64,000 bases of DNA from Squalus acanthias (lineage: Eukaryota). Where the stretch lies: positions 28,830,001 through 28,894,000 of the forward strand of contig CM059430.1 of the NCBI GenBank assembly GCA_030390025.1, in the 5' to 3' direction. Every line of letters begins with the position of its first letter. Positions within the stretch are counted from its first letter, which is position 1. Below are positions 25,916-38,349 of this stretch, piece after piece. A program made the position numbers and the translations under genes. Under the pieces are notes generated by a model that saw only the letters and a program-made list of their open reading frames with translations, did no database searches and was not told the origin of the DNA.

Positions 25916-28900
25916 CTCAATGGCTGGTTTCCTTAACCTGCCTTGGCGCCATCAAGTTCCTCTCTTGGGTGATGTCTGCAAGCTGTGGCTTCTATGTCCA
26001 TGCCATACATTGTCTATGGGCTTCCTCCATCCACACCAGGCATTTGTTCTGCTGGTCAGCTCAGTTGCAGCAGAGCATGGCTGATTTCCTGACACATGGT
26101 CCCAGCAGATGAGGTTACATACTGGCACTGTGCGTTCATAAGATCAGTCTTTACATTTTAACATTGATAGTCATATTATTTTTCTCTAAACTGTGGCTAG
26201 GAATTACAGATTAAAAATATTGTAACTCCTTTTTCTATCTTGTAACTTTCCCATTTTAGAAATGTCCTAGACTTTCAATATTATTTGAAGAGGTACTATT
26301 CCCCACTATTGATAGTTTACTTTTTAATTTCTCTCCATCATACCATACAATCATCTGCAGCCAACAGAGTAGGCAAGCAACTTTTATCCAGACCTGTGCC
26401 AGTACCACCCTTGGACTCTCCACCAGACCCAGAATGACTGGTCTCAGATTTTTCCTATCCCTCTACACTCCATTCAGAATCTCTCCTGATAATACAACCA
26501 CAAACAGGAAGTTGCTTTGTGGGGAATCATAGCCATGTAACTATGTCTTTAAACTAAGAAAGTTTCAGTCTAATTTTTGACCAAATCCTTTCTCCCCCTG
26601 ACCCACAACACTGCAGAAGAGTCACATAAATTGTGACTGTCGCATTAATTTCATTTGGCAATTTATGGTGGGTGCTTTATATAATGCACGAAGTATCCAG
26701 AATCCTGCCTTGAACAGTTTCTCGATCACTGTAAACTGCTTATCATTCAGTTTCCCCATATACAAGTAAAACGTTGTTTTTATATTTAGATACTTTTATA
26801 GTTTTAGTAGAGCATATTTTTATTAAACACTAAACTGGGATGATGAAGGTTTCCACTATTTTACTTAAAAAGCAACATTAGAATCATTAGTTGAAAGAAT
26901 AAAAAGTCAGATATTCAATTGAAACTTACTGTAGCAACCCAGTTGAAATGGAAAGGTATGAGAAGACTCTCCCTTTCTGGATCAGAGGCTGATGTTTGTT
27001 TTAAGTAAATGTTCCTGACTTTTTATTCTGAAAACTAAACTTTGAAATAAAGGCTTGCTTTGTTTAAAATGAAGCTGCATGCTGTTGGGGGAGGGAACCT
27101 TCTTCACCATTTAAAGCCCCACAGAATTGGACTGAAGGGAAGTGACAGATGACATTAGGACTGCTTGAAATGTTAACTATGGTTATTGCATGGTTCAAAG
27201 GATAACTTTATTGTGCTATTGACTGTACTATCCACGCATGTGGTGCAAACAGCTAAAGGGTATTTGAATAGAAGCACATCTGGGACCAGGACTCAGATTA
27301 TATTGATACAATGAGATTTACAGCAGCATCTAATCAGCGGAGTGGCTCTTGTTTAAAATATGAATAAACACGATTGGAATTTACATTTTTCTTTACTGTA
27401 CTGTAATTAACAATAATCAATGTAAACCCTAGTACTCAAATTAGTGCTCAATTTCCACATATTAGTAAGCACACTATATAATTAACTTATTTAAAATGTA
27501 TTGAGACCAGTAATTTTCTACATCATCAGTTATCCTACAAGAATCAGATTTTTAAAGAAATATCAAAGGAATATATTTATTTCAAAGAAGACTTTTACAA
27601 AATTAGTTATTTAAAATACATAATAATTCAAAGAACTGTTTCTTAATTCTTTGAATGTAGCAGACTGTTCCGGCTTTAAATTTTTGGAATAGGAATTCAA
27701 AGAAGCTCTGTCAAGCTGCTTGAATTCTGTCCAACAGCAAATATTTTAACACTTGGAATATTGTATTTAAACTGTGCTATATTTATTACTGTTTCAATCT
27801 TCTAATTTCCTTACGAATGTTCCTCAGTGTTAATTTTATGCAGGTAATGGTTTCCTTAACATCTTCTTCACACATTATAGATTACTGACTGAGTGATTGC
27901 ATAGATGCAGGTGTTTGATTATTTGAGATATCTTATTTCTTGGACTTAATAAGTTTAAATTGAATTCTGTTTCTTTAAAAAAAAATAATGGTACGTTTCC
28001 AATAGATTTGAAATTCTGTAATTATTTCACCCCGGGTTATGTTTTTTTACAGGCAATTTCAGTTTATTACACTGATCTACCTATTAAAATGTAGGCATTT
28101 ATCTAGTTTTTCTGCTGTGAAGTGAAACTGAGAGGCAGAATTTCTAAAAATGGAATAAAATGGCCCCAACAGTGCAGACACAACGTTTCCTTTTAAACTG
28201 CTACTACAATTGTTGGTTGTTGTGTTTTGGTAGAAATCCAGACAATGCTTGCATTAGTCATGCAGAAAATGATGTGGAATGCAGCTCTGGGCTGTTTATA
28301 TGATACACCTGGAAATTTGGGCAGCTAACATCATTCTGCTGACTGTAATTGGGCAATGACGTACTACTGAAATGTTACATCTCAATGCACAGAATATTTA
28401 AAGACAAATGGGGCTCGTTGATAAAGTATGCACAAAGTTTAATTTTTAGAATTTTAAAGTAACAAGTAACAAAAAGGATACTGTTTCGTTAATCTTCGGC
28501 ATTTCAAGTCACTTCCATACCTGTAATTTTTTGTCACACTGCCATAAGTGGCTGGCAGCATTAGACGAGGAGATGAATTTTACATTCATAACATTAACCA
28601 TTGCCTACCAGCTCCTTGAAAAGAATCACTGTGCTGTTCCATATATCATGTTACCACAGTACTTCCTCAGGGTATGGAAGCTCAGACAGACAGCTCTGTG
28701 TGTTAGCTATGTGTGAAAAACTGGAAATCAAAATGGAAAATTCAATCGGAGGACAGAACACCATTCATTTTTCTTAAATTCCATGAAATAGCTTTTCAAA
28801 GTTAGCATTACGCTTCAGTATATTAAATTTTAAAGAACAGTATGAGTCATATTTTACAAATAAAAAAAATCTTTTTGAAGGTTTTTAACCTGGCAAGATG

Positions 28901-29339
28901 CCAATAGAGAGATCTACAGAGGTAAACTGTTAAGATGCCTTTATGTTATATCGACCTCGACTGCACATTTTTTTAAATCAAGAAAAGCCTGGAAATATCA
29001 TCCCGCTTGCTACAAAATAAGATATCCAGATGATTGTAGAACTGGGATTGAACTAATACATGATCTGTCTGTAATAAGGCAGATGTCAGTTTCAAGTAAG
29101 ATTATCACGAAGGATCAAAGGTGAAAAAAAACATTTCGGAGCCAATGCTGCTGAACAATGCTTTGAAGTAACAACGTTATGCCTGTATTTCAGTGAAACA
29201 TAATAATCTGAAAATCCCTATGTAGCAGAGGAGGAAAAGCAACGACAGAACACAGGATTAGAATCAACTCTTTCAAGCATAACAATGTCACACAAAGATC
29301 ACAAAACGATCTATCTGATATTTGAGAGGCCACTTCTTT

Positions 29340-29612
29340 GATTGAAGTATCGGCTGTTCAATAAGTATGCAATATCGGGTGCATTTGAGGAATACCAGGG
29401 TATTTCGAATGGGCTGATGCCCAAAACCACTCAATTCAACCAGATTGGCTCTAGGTTTTTTCACCTCTCACAGGAGATTGTACGGCTGCACAGAAGGGAA
29501 GAGTGGGGGGGGGGGTGGTGAAGGAGAATGGGGGTGATGGTGTGCGGAAGTATCACCATGCCTGGATCGGATAAGCTCGATGGATCTTTTCCTGTCCTTT
29601 CTCCTATGTTTG
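29340..29612 (+). mobile_element. Old CR1 3' UTR fragment
   Basis: Ends gctcgatggatcttttcctgtcc...cctatgtt, a CR1-type tail. Confidence 0.45.
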
Positions 29613-29910
29613 GATGAAATTGCTCTAATGCTGCCTCAGATGCACTGAAACTATAATTGTTAGATTGTTTTGTCTTATGGTATAAAATAATTACAGAATC
29701 AAAATAGCTTTAAAAACTATAAATTGTGGAAGATTTTTATTAGGTCAGCAGCCATTTTGTGTATATGGATCTTGCATCAGTGTTTATACTTCACTTATAT
29801 CTTGTACAGTAGCTTGCATGATGATTTCTAGCAGTGAAGGTTGTATGAAAGTATTAGTAGATAAATTGTGTGCCTGAATGTGCTGAAAACCTACAGCGAC
29901 GCCTTATTAT

Positions 29911-30975
29911 GGTGCAGAAATTCTAGGAATTAATGGTGTGAGTGACTTCTGCCATTACTTACGCCACGCCATAGTTTACCGGGACTGCTGCGCCGCTCAA
30001 CCATTACCCTTGCCGAAAACAGTTACAAGGTAATTACAATAGCCCCCCGCCGCCCCCACCCCACCCATTAAAATCAATGGCAATCACGAATTTGCTGAAT
30101 TTAAGCCATTCTTCATGTGGCTGCCACTTAGACTGAAAAATAATGCCGTTGAAAACCTGGCAGCAGCATGATTTACGGACTTGTATCTGAGGAAGGTTCG
30201 GGGTTGTGTCAAAAGACAAAAAAAGTAAATTGATGCACCGGTTACAAAACTGTTCTAATCTTAACGATGTCAAAATGACGAGCGTGTGAATTAATGCGAT
30301 TTAATGCAAGACGAGGTTAATTCCAATGGCGCAAGGCTGCTGTCATTTGCAAGTGAGAGTCCCAAGGTGATGTATGGAGGTTTTCCGGGGCCTATGAGCG
30401 CATACGCGGTCGTACGTGCCCCGCAAGTTCCGGGTTTCCGGTTGCGATGCGCATGCGCGAAAACCCGGAACTTGCGATCTGTCAAGTTTCAGCTTGGCCG
30501 ATCGTACGAATCCAAAGGAAATGGACATTGGCTAGCGCAGGGTTACTGCCCAACGAATGCCCACGAAACTCTTACGTCTGGTAAAAGCAGGCGTAAGACC
30601 TTCTTTAACCAGCGTAAGGGTTTAAATAAATATTAAAATCATTTTTTTAAAGTCATTTAAACATTCAAAAACCTTTAAAATTAGTTTCGGTTATTTTCAG
30701 CCCCTTTAAAAATGTTTACATTTATTTTTCAAAAAATTAAATTTTTGTTTTAAATGTTTAATTAAATTCTATTTTAATTAATTTTAAACATGTGATGATT
30801 TATTTTTATTTAGGTTGTGTGAAAGTGTGTTTTTTAGGGGATTCCTATTATGTTTATGGGGATTCCGTACCTAAATGGAATCCAAGCATAATGGAAATCC
30901 CCTTTTTGATTGGTTGGCCTGGCCTACCTGATCCCAGGGACACTTGCAAACCACATGATTATCTTTACTAACTTC
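29911..30975. mobile_element. GC/CpG-rich MITE-like element(s) with an internal 16-bp hairpin
   Basis: TIR-like start ggtgcagaaatt; perfect inverted repeat 30422-30437 / 30461-30476; AT-rich centre; right end unclear. Confidence 0.55.
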
Positions 30976-31603
30976 AGAGAGGAGAAAAAAGTAAAAGGCC
31001 ATGATGTGTTTATCAGAGAAGGTCATGCTAAATTAACAGACTTGAAGGGTTATCAATCTGTGAGTACTGAAAAGGTCAGCAGCTTGGCAATTTGGCAGGG
31101 TTTTCTGCACCTTCCCGAGTAATTGAATTATAGAATCACAGGCCAGAATTTTCCCCTAAAAAAAACGGGTGGGCTTGGAGCGTGGGGGCAGTTAAAGTGG
31201 TAAAAATGGTATTCCCGACCTGATCCCGCCTCCAACCCGCCGACTTCCGGTTTTATCGGAGGCGGGATGGGGGGCGGGCAGCCAACCCGCTCCCAGGGGG
31301 CGTTACCTCAATTTAAGTATTGTAATGAGGCTGGAAGCCTCTTTTTCCCCGTCCATTTTGTGTTTAACTGCTTGTGGACGGGTTTCACACAATTCGTGAA
31401 ACCCGGCAGTTAAACAGAGGCGGGGACTGCTGCATCCAGGAGGTAAGTAGCTTTATACCTACCTCCTGGATCCAGGGTCCCAACCTACCCACCCCAAGAG
31501 GCCTCTGATCACCTTCCCAGGTTCCCCGCCAGGCCTCCCTCCTCAAACGATGATGAGGCCGGCCCCGATCCTCTCTCCCCCCCGCCGAACCCACCCCCAC
31601 CAC

Positions 31604-32745
31604 GATCCCTGGCCGAACCCCCCCACCAGGATCCCTGGCCGAACCCCCCCACCAGGATCCCTGGCCGAACCCACACCCTTCCCGACCCCTGGCGACCCCT
31701 GCCGATGCTCTCTCCCCCTTCCCGATCCCCGACCCCTGCCGATGCTCTCTCCCCCTTCCCGACCCCTGCCGATGCTCTCTCCCCCTTCCCGACCCCTGCC
31801 GATGCTCTCTCCCCCTTCCCGATCCCTGGCCGACCCCTGCCGATGCTCTCTCCCCCTTCCCGTTCCCTGGCCAACCCCTGCCGATGCTCTCTCCCCCTTC
31901 CCGATCCCTGGCCAACCCCTGCCGATGCTCTCTCCCCCTTCCCGATCCCCGACCCCTGTCAATGCTCTCTCCCCCTTCCCGATCCCCGACCCCTGCCGAT
32001 GCTCTCTCCCCCTTCCCGATCCCCGACCTCTGCCGATGCTCTCTCCCCCTTCCCGATCCCTGGCCAACCCCTGCCGATGCTCTCTCCCCCTTCCCGATCC
32101 CCGACCCCTGCTGATGCTCTCTCCCCCTTCCCGATCCCCGACCCCTGCTGATGCTCTCTCCCCCTTCCCGATCCCCGGTCGATGCTCTCTCCCCCTTCCC
32201 GATCCCCGACCCCTGCCGATGCTCTCTCCCCATTCCCGATCCCCGACCCCTGCCGATGCTCTCTCCCCATTCCCGATCCCCGACCTCTGCCGATGCTCTC
32301 TCCCCCTTCCCGATCCCTGGCCGACCCCTGCCGATGCTCTCTCCCCCTTCCCGATCCCCGACCCCTGCTGATGCTCTCTCCCCTTCCCGATTCCCGCCGA
32401 TGCTCTCTCCCCATTCCCGATCCCTGTCGATGCTCTCTCCCCTTCCCAATCCCCGCCGATGCTCTCTCCCCTTCCCGATCCCTGTCGATGCTCTCTCCCC
32501 CTTTCCGATCCCCGACCCCTGCCGATGCTCTCTCCACCTTCCCGATCCCCGACCCCTGCCGATGCTCTCTCCCCCTTCCTGATCCCCGACCCCTGCCGAT
32601 GCTCTCTCCCCCGTTCCCGATCCCCGACCCCTGCCGATGCTCTCTCCCCATTCCCGATCCCTGCTCTCGCCCCCCCCACCGATCCCTGCCGATGCTCTCT
32701 TCCCCCTCCCAATCCCCGACCCCTGCTGACTGCCGATCCCCCTCC
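31604..32745. repeat. C-rich minisatellite, ~36-37 bp unit (gccgatgctctctcccccttcccgatccccgacccct) with length variants, preceded by a short ~28-bp unit array
   Basis: Directly visible tandem units. Confidence 0.95.
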
Positions 32746-32808
32746 CGCGATCCCTCCCCCAGATCAGCCCCTCGCTTCTGAGGCCTACCCGCCCGCAGCC
32801 AGCCAGCT

Positions 32809-33653
32809 CATTTGACTGGGTTATACACACCTGCCCATTTGACTGGGTTATACACACCTGCCCATTTGACTGGGTTATACACACCTGCCCATTTGACTGG
32901 GTTATACACACCTGCCCATTTAACTGGGTTATACACACCTGTCCATTTAACTGGGTTATACACACCTGCCCATTTAACTGGGTTATTCACACCTGTCCAT
33001 TTAACTGGGTTATACACACCTGTCCATTTAACTGGGTTATACACACCTGTCCATTTAACTGGGTGAAACACACCTGCCCATTTGACTGGGTTATACACAC
33101 CTGCCCATCTGACTGGGTGAAACACACCTGCCCATTTGACTGGGTTATACACATCTGCCCATTTGACTGGGTTATACACACCTGTCCATTTGACTGGGTT
33201 ATACACACCTGTCCATTTAACTGGGTGAAACACACCTGCCCATTTGACTGGGTTATACACACCTGCCCATCTGACTGGGTGAAACACACCTGCCCATTTG
33301 ACTGGGTTATACACACCTGCCCATTTGACTGGGTTATACACACCTGTCCATTTGACTGGGTTATACACACCTGCCCATTTGACTGGGTTATACACACCTG
33401 TCCATTTGACTGGGTTATACACACCTGCCCATTTAACTGGGTTATACACACCTGTCCATTTGACTGGGTTATACACACCTGTCCATTTGACTGGGTTATA
33501 CACACCTGTCCATTTGACTGGGTTATACACACCTGCCCATTTAACTGGGTGAAACACACCTGCCCATTTAACTGGGTTATACGCACCTGTCCATTTGACT
33601 GGGTTATACACACCTGCCCATTTGACTGGGTTATACACACCTGCCCATTTGAC
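32809..33653. repeat. 27-bp minisatellite (catttgactgggttatacacacctgcc), about 31 copies
   Basis: Directly visible; 9-aa periodicity in the overlapping ORFs. Confidence 0.97.
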
Positions 33654-33819
33654 ACCCAGTTATTAGTCTGTTCATTTGATGGGTCATAGGAACATAAGAA
33701 TGCATGGAATGAGAAAAGGTTATTTGGCCTCAAGGCTCTTCCTTCCACAGACCATGTACTAACCATATATACTAGACCCTACTCTATCCCACGATTCTGT
33801 AATATTTCTCCTTGTCTCA

Positions 33820-34385
33820 CTTCAAAGGCAAATCAAGGCCAGTTATCTTGCCCTTGACATTTAATACACCACCATCACCAACTCCAGCATCAAACCTTGG
33901 GAGTCACTAATGATCAGAAGCTTAATTGGACCAGCCATATCAACACATGGCTACAAGCTGGATATCCTACAGTGAGTACCTCACCTGGTCACCCTTCTAA
34001 GCATCTCCATCATCTACAAAGCTCAATTCAGGAGTACTGTAACACTCACCAATCACCTGGATTGGTACAGTTGCAACAACACTCAAGAAACCCAAGAGGG
34101 ACAAGATCAGCAATGTTGTGGGAACACCATCACCTTCAAGTTCCCCTGCAAGTCACACATGCTAACCTGGACAAAATATTGCCATTACTTTGTCATCACT
34201 GCTGTAATATCCTAGAATTCCCTACCTGGAATTCCACCACCACCATTTTGGAAGCACCATCACCACAAGGACTACAGCAGTTCAAAGAGAAGGTCCGCCA
34301 CCACCTTCTCAAGGCAACTAGCGATGGGCAATAAATGCGGCCTTGCCAGAGTCACCTACATCCAGAGTACAAATTAAAAAAAGTC
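33820..34385 (+). mobile_element. Old 3' fragment of the tRNA-headed CR1-group LINE family
   Basis: GVTNDQKLNWTSHIN...HHLLK and tail gatgggcaataaatgcggccttgccag shared with the 39 kb and 60 kb copies. Confidence 0.85.
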
Positions 34386-34389
34386 TCAT

Positions 34390-34980
34390 ACTCGTCACCT
34401 AGCGATATAATTGGTTGTCACCAGATAGATTTATAATACTATAAGAAATACCTTTCTCCAAATCATTTATGATTATTAGCAGCAGAGAATCTATAATGGA
34501 TTCCTGTGGTGCTCCATTAGTCACTGCCCTCTGGCGAGAGTTTTACCCACTTATCATCACCTTCTACTTTCTATTGCTAAGACAGATTTTAATCCAATTC
34601 ACTAATTTACCATCAATTTCATGAGCCTTAGTCTTGTTGAAAGACTCGTGTGTAATCATATCAAAAATATGAAAATCTAAGTAAATTATGTCCACTAAAT
34701 TGCCCTCATCAATGAACTCAGCTACCTCCTCAAAGAATACCAACAGATTTGAGGTATGATCATTCTTTTTACATTCATGATGGCATTCCTTATTTAAATT
34801 AACATTTCCTTATTAAAATGAACTTTGCCAGTAATGCATAAAATGTTCTTGAGCATTTTCTGCACTGCCAATGTCTATAATTCCCAGTATCATGTTTCAT
34901 TCAATTTTTTAAAAAATTGGATAATCTTCAATGACCTTCAGTTCCCAGCCATGTATTTATGAAACTCCGAAAATAGAAGG
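34390..34980 (-). mobile_element. Ancient CR1 RT fragment
   Basis: Degenerate similarity to the reverse of the CR1 RT region (cf. 48420-48800). Confidence 0.5.
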
Positions 34981-35039
34981 ACAAAAGTTTTAAATTTAAG
35001 TTGTTGGGAATAGGGAGCCAATGTAAGTTAATGAGGACA

Positions 35040-35860
35040 AGGGATGATGGGCGAGCAGGACTTACTGTGAGATAGAACATATGCATCAAAAATTATATAA
35101 GATGGAAGACGTGAGGCCTGTAAGGAGAACGTTGAAATGGGTGATTTTGAATGTGATATAGGCATGCATGAAGATTTCAGTGGTAGAAGGGCTGAGGTAA
35201 GGACAAAGGCAGGACATATTGCGGAGCTGAAATTAAGTATTCTTTGTGATGGAGAGAATATGGGGTCTGAAACTCAGCCTAGGATTGAACAGGGTGGTTC
35301 AGCCTGAGACAGTGGCCGCAGAGGATGAAATCTCTCATCCCTGCCATTCCTCAGTCGACTCCTCATCTTCATTCCCTCGAGTAAGAAGACCATGAATTTG
35401 AGCATAACTGCCGTACACAGAGTCTGATCATGGTGATGAATCTAGCTTAACAATATCAAGTATTACTAGCCTTGCTGTCTTTAACCACAAACCACCTACT
35501 ACTCCAGGATCATTCCTGGAGGGCAAGAAAATCCTAAGCACCTTTTCTCCATACCACCTCCGACATGGACTGGTTGGGTCGAATGGCCTGTTTCTGTGCC
35601 GTATATCCTATGTAAACCCGTTTGCCTTACCCTTTCCACTCTCACCTCCAATGCTGAAGGTGAGGAGTTTCTGGATTTCTTCATCTCTAAGACTGAAGAT
35701 CCAAGAAGCTGCTTCTGCCACTACCTGCTGTTCCTTTACTCCTGACCTCTCACCAGTCTCCTATCCATTCTAGCCATGCTCCCTTGTCATGCTGCAGTTT
35801 CTCCCCATCTCTTCTATGTCCATTCCTCACTTATTTCCTCCATGAGAAGCAGCTGCTGCC
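35040..35860. mobile_element. Old L2 fragments in both orientations, with a short CR1/HE1-type tail at ~35560-35615
   Basis: 35100-35330 resembles 56890-57215; gggtcgaatggcctgtttctgtg tail. Confidence 0.5.
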
Positions 35861-35948
35861 CGCTGGATTAAGTGGGCTAGATTGCTTGAAGTTTGTCTTA
35901 CTCTTGATAAATATATAGTTAGGTTCTTGCTTAGACTGTAGATTTTAC

Positions 35949-37078
35949 TGAAGGGATAATTACTAATCCTAGCCCCTTTAGGGCTACCCCGGATCAGGCG
36001 TATTCCTCAGACGTTCACTTTCAACTAATGTTTGAGGTAGCCGAATCCTAAAGACGCTTAATTGGGTCTAAAGGTCCGGACTATCTCTCCCTAAAGGAAA
36101 GGAACAACCTGAAAATGTTACCGTCCTCCAGATAGCACTTTTAATACGTTTAGCTAGACTGTAACGTTCCGGATATTATGAGGGTCCGTAAAACTCCCCC
36201 AGAATTCTGCAACTCCTCACCAAAGAGCGTACATAGATTGAGTTTGCGAGTTTAATACAGAAGTATTATGTGAGACAATTCTAAAAATATATAGATTTAT
36301 TAAAGAACCGACATGTAATTTACAGTTGGTGATTCAATCGCAACATTAACAGTTCCAAAAAGAGAAAGCTTTACAATCTTATCAGAGATCCTATTCTCAA
36401 ATCTTAACTTCGCTACAGTTTTACAGTTCTTAGTCTTATTCAGGATATCCACCAAAATCAAATACAGTACCTTGATCCCCGAGATACAAAGAGTTGTAGA
36501 CTTACAGAGCCGCCTCTGAAGCCTGAGAATCGCTTTGCCTCTTTACAGCGAATCTATCATCCCATTTGAGAGCTCAATATTTATACCCTTTTCCAGTGGT
36601 ATTCCCTTTAAGGTTTTCTGCTGATGTAAGCTAATTATCTCTAGTCATTTTTCTGCTGACTTCTGCAATTCTTTGTCACCTCAGCTGGTAGCAATACAGG
36701 CTCGTGTCTCTCCTCTAGGTGTTCAAAGCTTACCATAAAAAATGGTGTAACAGCAGGTGCATTTCATTTGATGTCATTTTTACTAAGGCCTTCTGTTTGT
36801 GCCTCTTTACGAAGTGTAAATTAGAACACCTTAACCAGGGTGATCTTTTGTTTTGTCCCGAAAGGTTCAGACTGTCAGGAGCCTTTAACCTTCTGTTTCA
36901 ATAAGGTTATTGATTCAGTGTCAACAACTATCTTATCTCTATTGCCAGAATGCTACTACAGCTTTTTCAGTTAGGTTTCCACATTTCCAGACCCAGTTTG
37001 CCATGTTTTAATAAGGCCAGAATTCTTTCATAGAATGGTGTATTTTTCTGAATAGGTTTTATGGCTTATTTCTTCACA
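35949..37078 (-). mobile_element. Solo LTR (1130 bp)
   Basis: Minus-strand termini TGTGAAG...CTTCA; TSD TTAC at 35945-35948 and 37079-37082; TATAAATA at 36578-36585 and AATAAA at 36296-36301 on minus. Confidence 0.8.
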
Positions 37079-37111
37079 TTACCTCGAAGTCCAGGAAATT
37101 GAAAGAGAAAA

Positions 37112-37860
37112 GGGGAGAAATTCGGTTGGTTAGCGCTTCCCGTTAGCGCCTTCAGGGGGCGATAATGGGGTGCTAATGACTTACCGCCCAGGCGCGGCGA
37201 TGTTACTGCCATCCGCGAAATTCACCTGGTGGTTTGCGGTGGCGGCAACCCCTAGTGCCACGATCTCCTGCGCCCGGAGATCGTGATGTCATCCGGCTGC
37301 GCAGCACCCCGGACCTGAAATTCGGTTCCGCCCCCTACAGCATTGCCGGGCGACAACACCGACAGCTGCAGGAGGCGTTGGTTGGGAGGCCGGGCGCTTT
37401 GGGAGCGCTAATTAAAGGTACGGCCGCTGGTCTTCAGGAGAAATGTGTTTCCTTCCTTTAGGGTGCATTTATGAACATTTTTAAATGGCGCGAGTGATCA
37501 GCCCTGCACTCTGTTAGAGTGCGTGGAGCTAATCATTGAGGATCCTGGCTGCTGTCGGCGACGAGGGACATTGTTGAAATCTAGAGCCTGCAGCAATGGC
37601 CCTTTCCTTTAAGGGAGGGAAGGAACCTCGGATCCCGGCAGCGCTGCAGTGGTCATTGTGCAGCGCTGCATCTCTACCGCCCCTCCTGCGTGGTTTAGCG
37701 CTCCAGAAGGGAAGTGGTAGCGCTTGATTTAGTGCTCCACATCCTTCCTGGAGCGCCAACGCTGAATTTACCGGAAGCTGAGAATGATTAGCTCCTGGCG
37801 CTAATTTTTCCAACTTTCAAAATTTAGCGCCCCAAACAGGGCGATACCGAATTTCTCCCC
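37112..37860. mobile_element. GC-rich MITE (family B, rich in TAGCGC motifs)
   Basis: Perfect 15-bp TIR ggggagaaattcggt / accgaatttctcccc; related to 52620-53184. Confidence 0.85.
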
Positions 37861-38349
37861 CAAAGATACATAGATACATAGATACATAGATGCTTAGGAA
37901 TTAAAATGTTAGATTGAAATGACACTCAGTTCATAGAGGACTCAAAGTGGTTGTGACAGTTAAAATAAGTATAGTATAAACGTGTTCAAGGTGGTAGCTG
38001 AAGTTAGAAGATAAATAAAGAAGGGAAGAGGACAACAGACAAATTGCATATGACATACTCCAGAAGCCAGAACCAGTACATTGCAAAGAAAGAATTGTTT
38101 TGATACAGCAGTTGAACTGCTATCAGGAGAAGCCTAAATCTCAATCTATCATTTCTATGGATTATCATGGCTCAATATATCAGGTGGTGTATTCAGACAC
38201 TGAGCTATTAGGGAGCTCTCCTACAGCACTTGGTATGTCTAAATGGTCTTCCATCCAAACACTAACTCGGCCAGACTCCTTTTAACATCTCAAGTCAAAT
38301 ATATTTAGGGAAATATGGCTATAGATAATAATACAATTTGAAACTGACA

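Larger units (their letters stand above)
31141..33660. mobile_element. MITE family A copy expanded by two internal tandem arrays
   Basis: Left ~330 bp align with 4480- and 57841-; no right TIR found. Confidence 0.7.

Noticed and set aside
32809-33653. CRISPR-like array
   Set aside because: Head-to-tail units with no unique spacers, no cas genes, and a eukaryotic context
31385-33766. Long ORFs (up to 526 aa) in several frames
   Set aside because: By-products of stop-free tandem repeats, open on both strands
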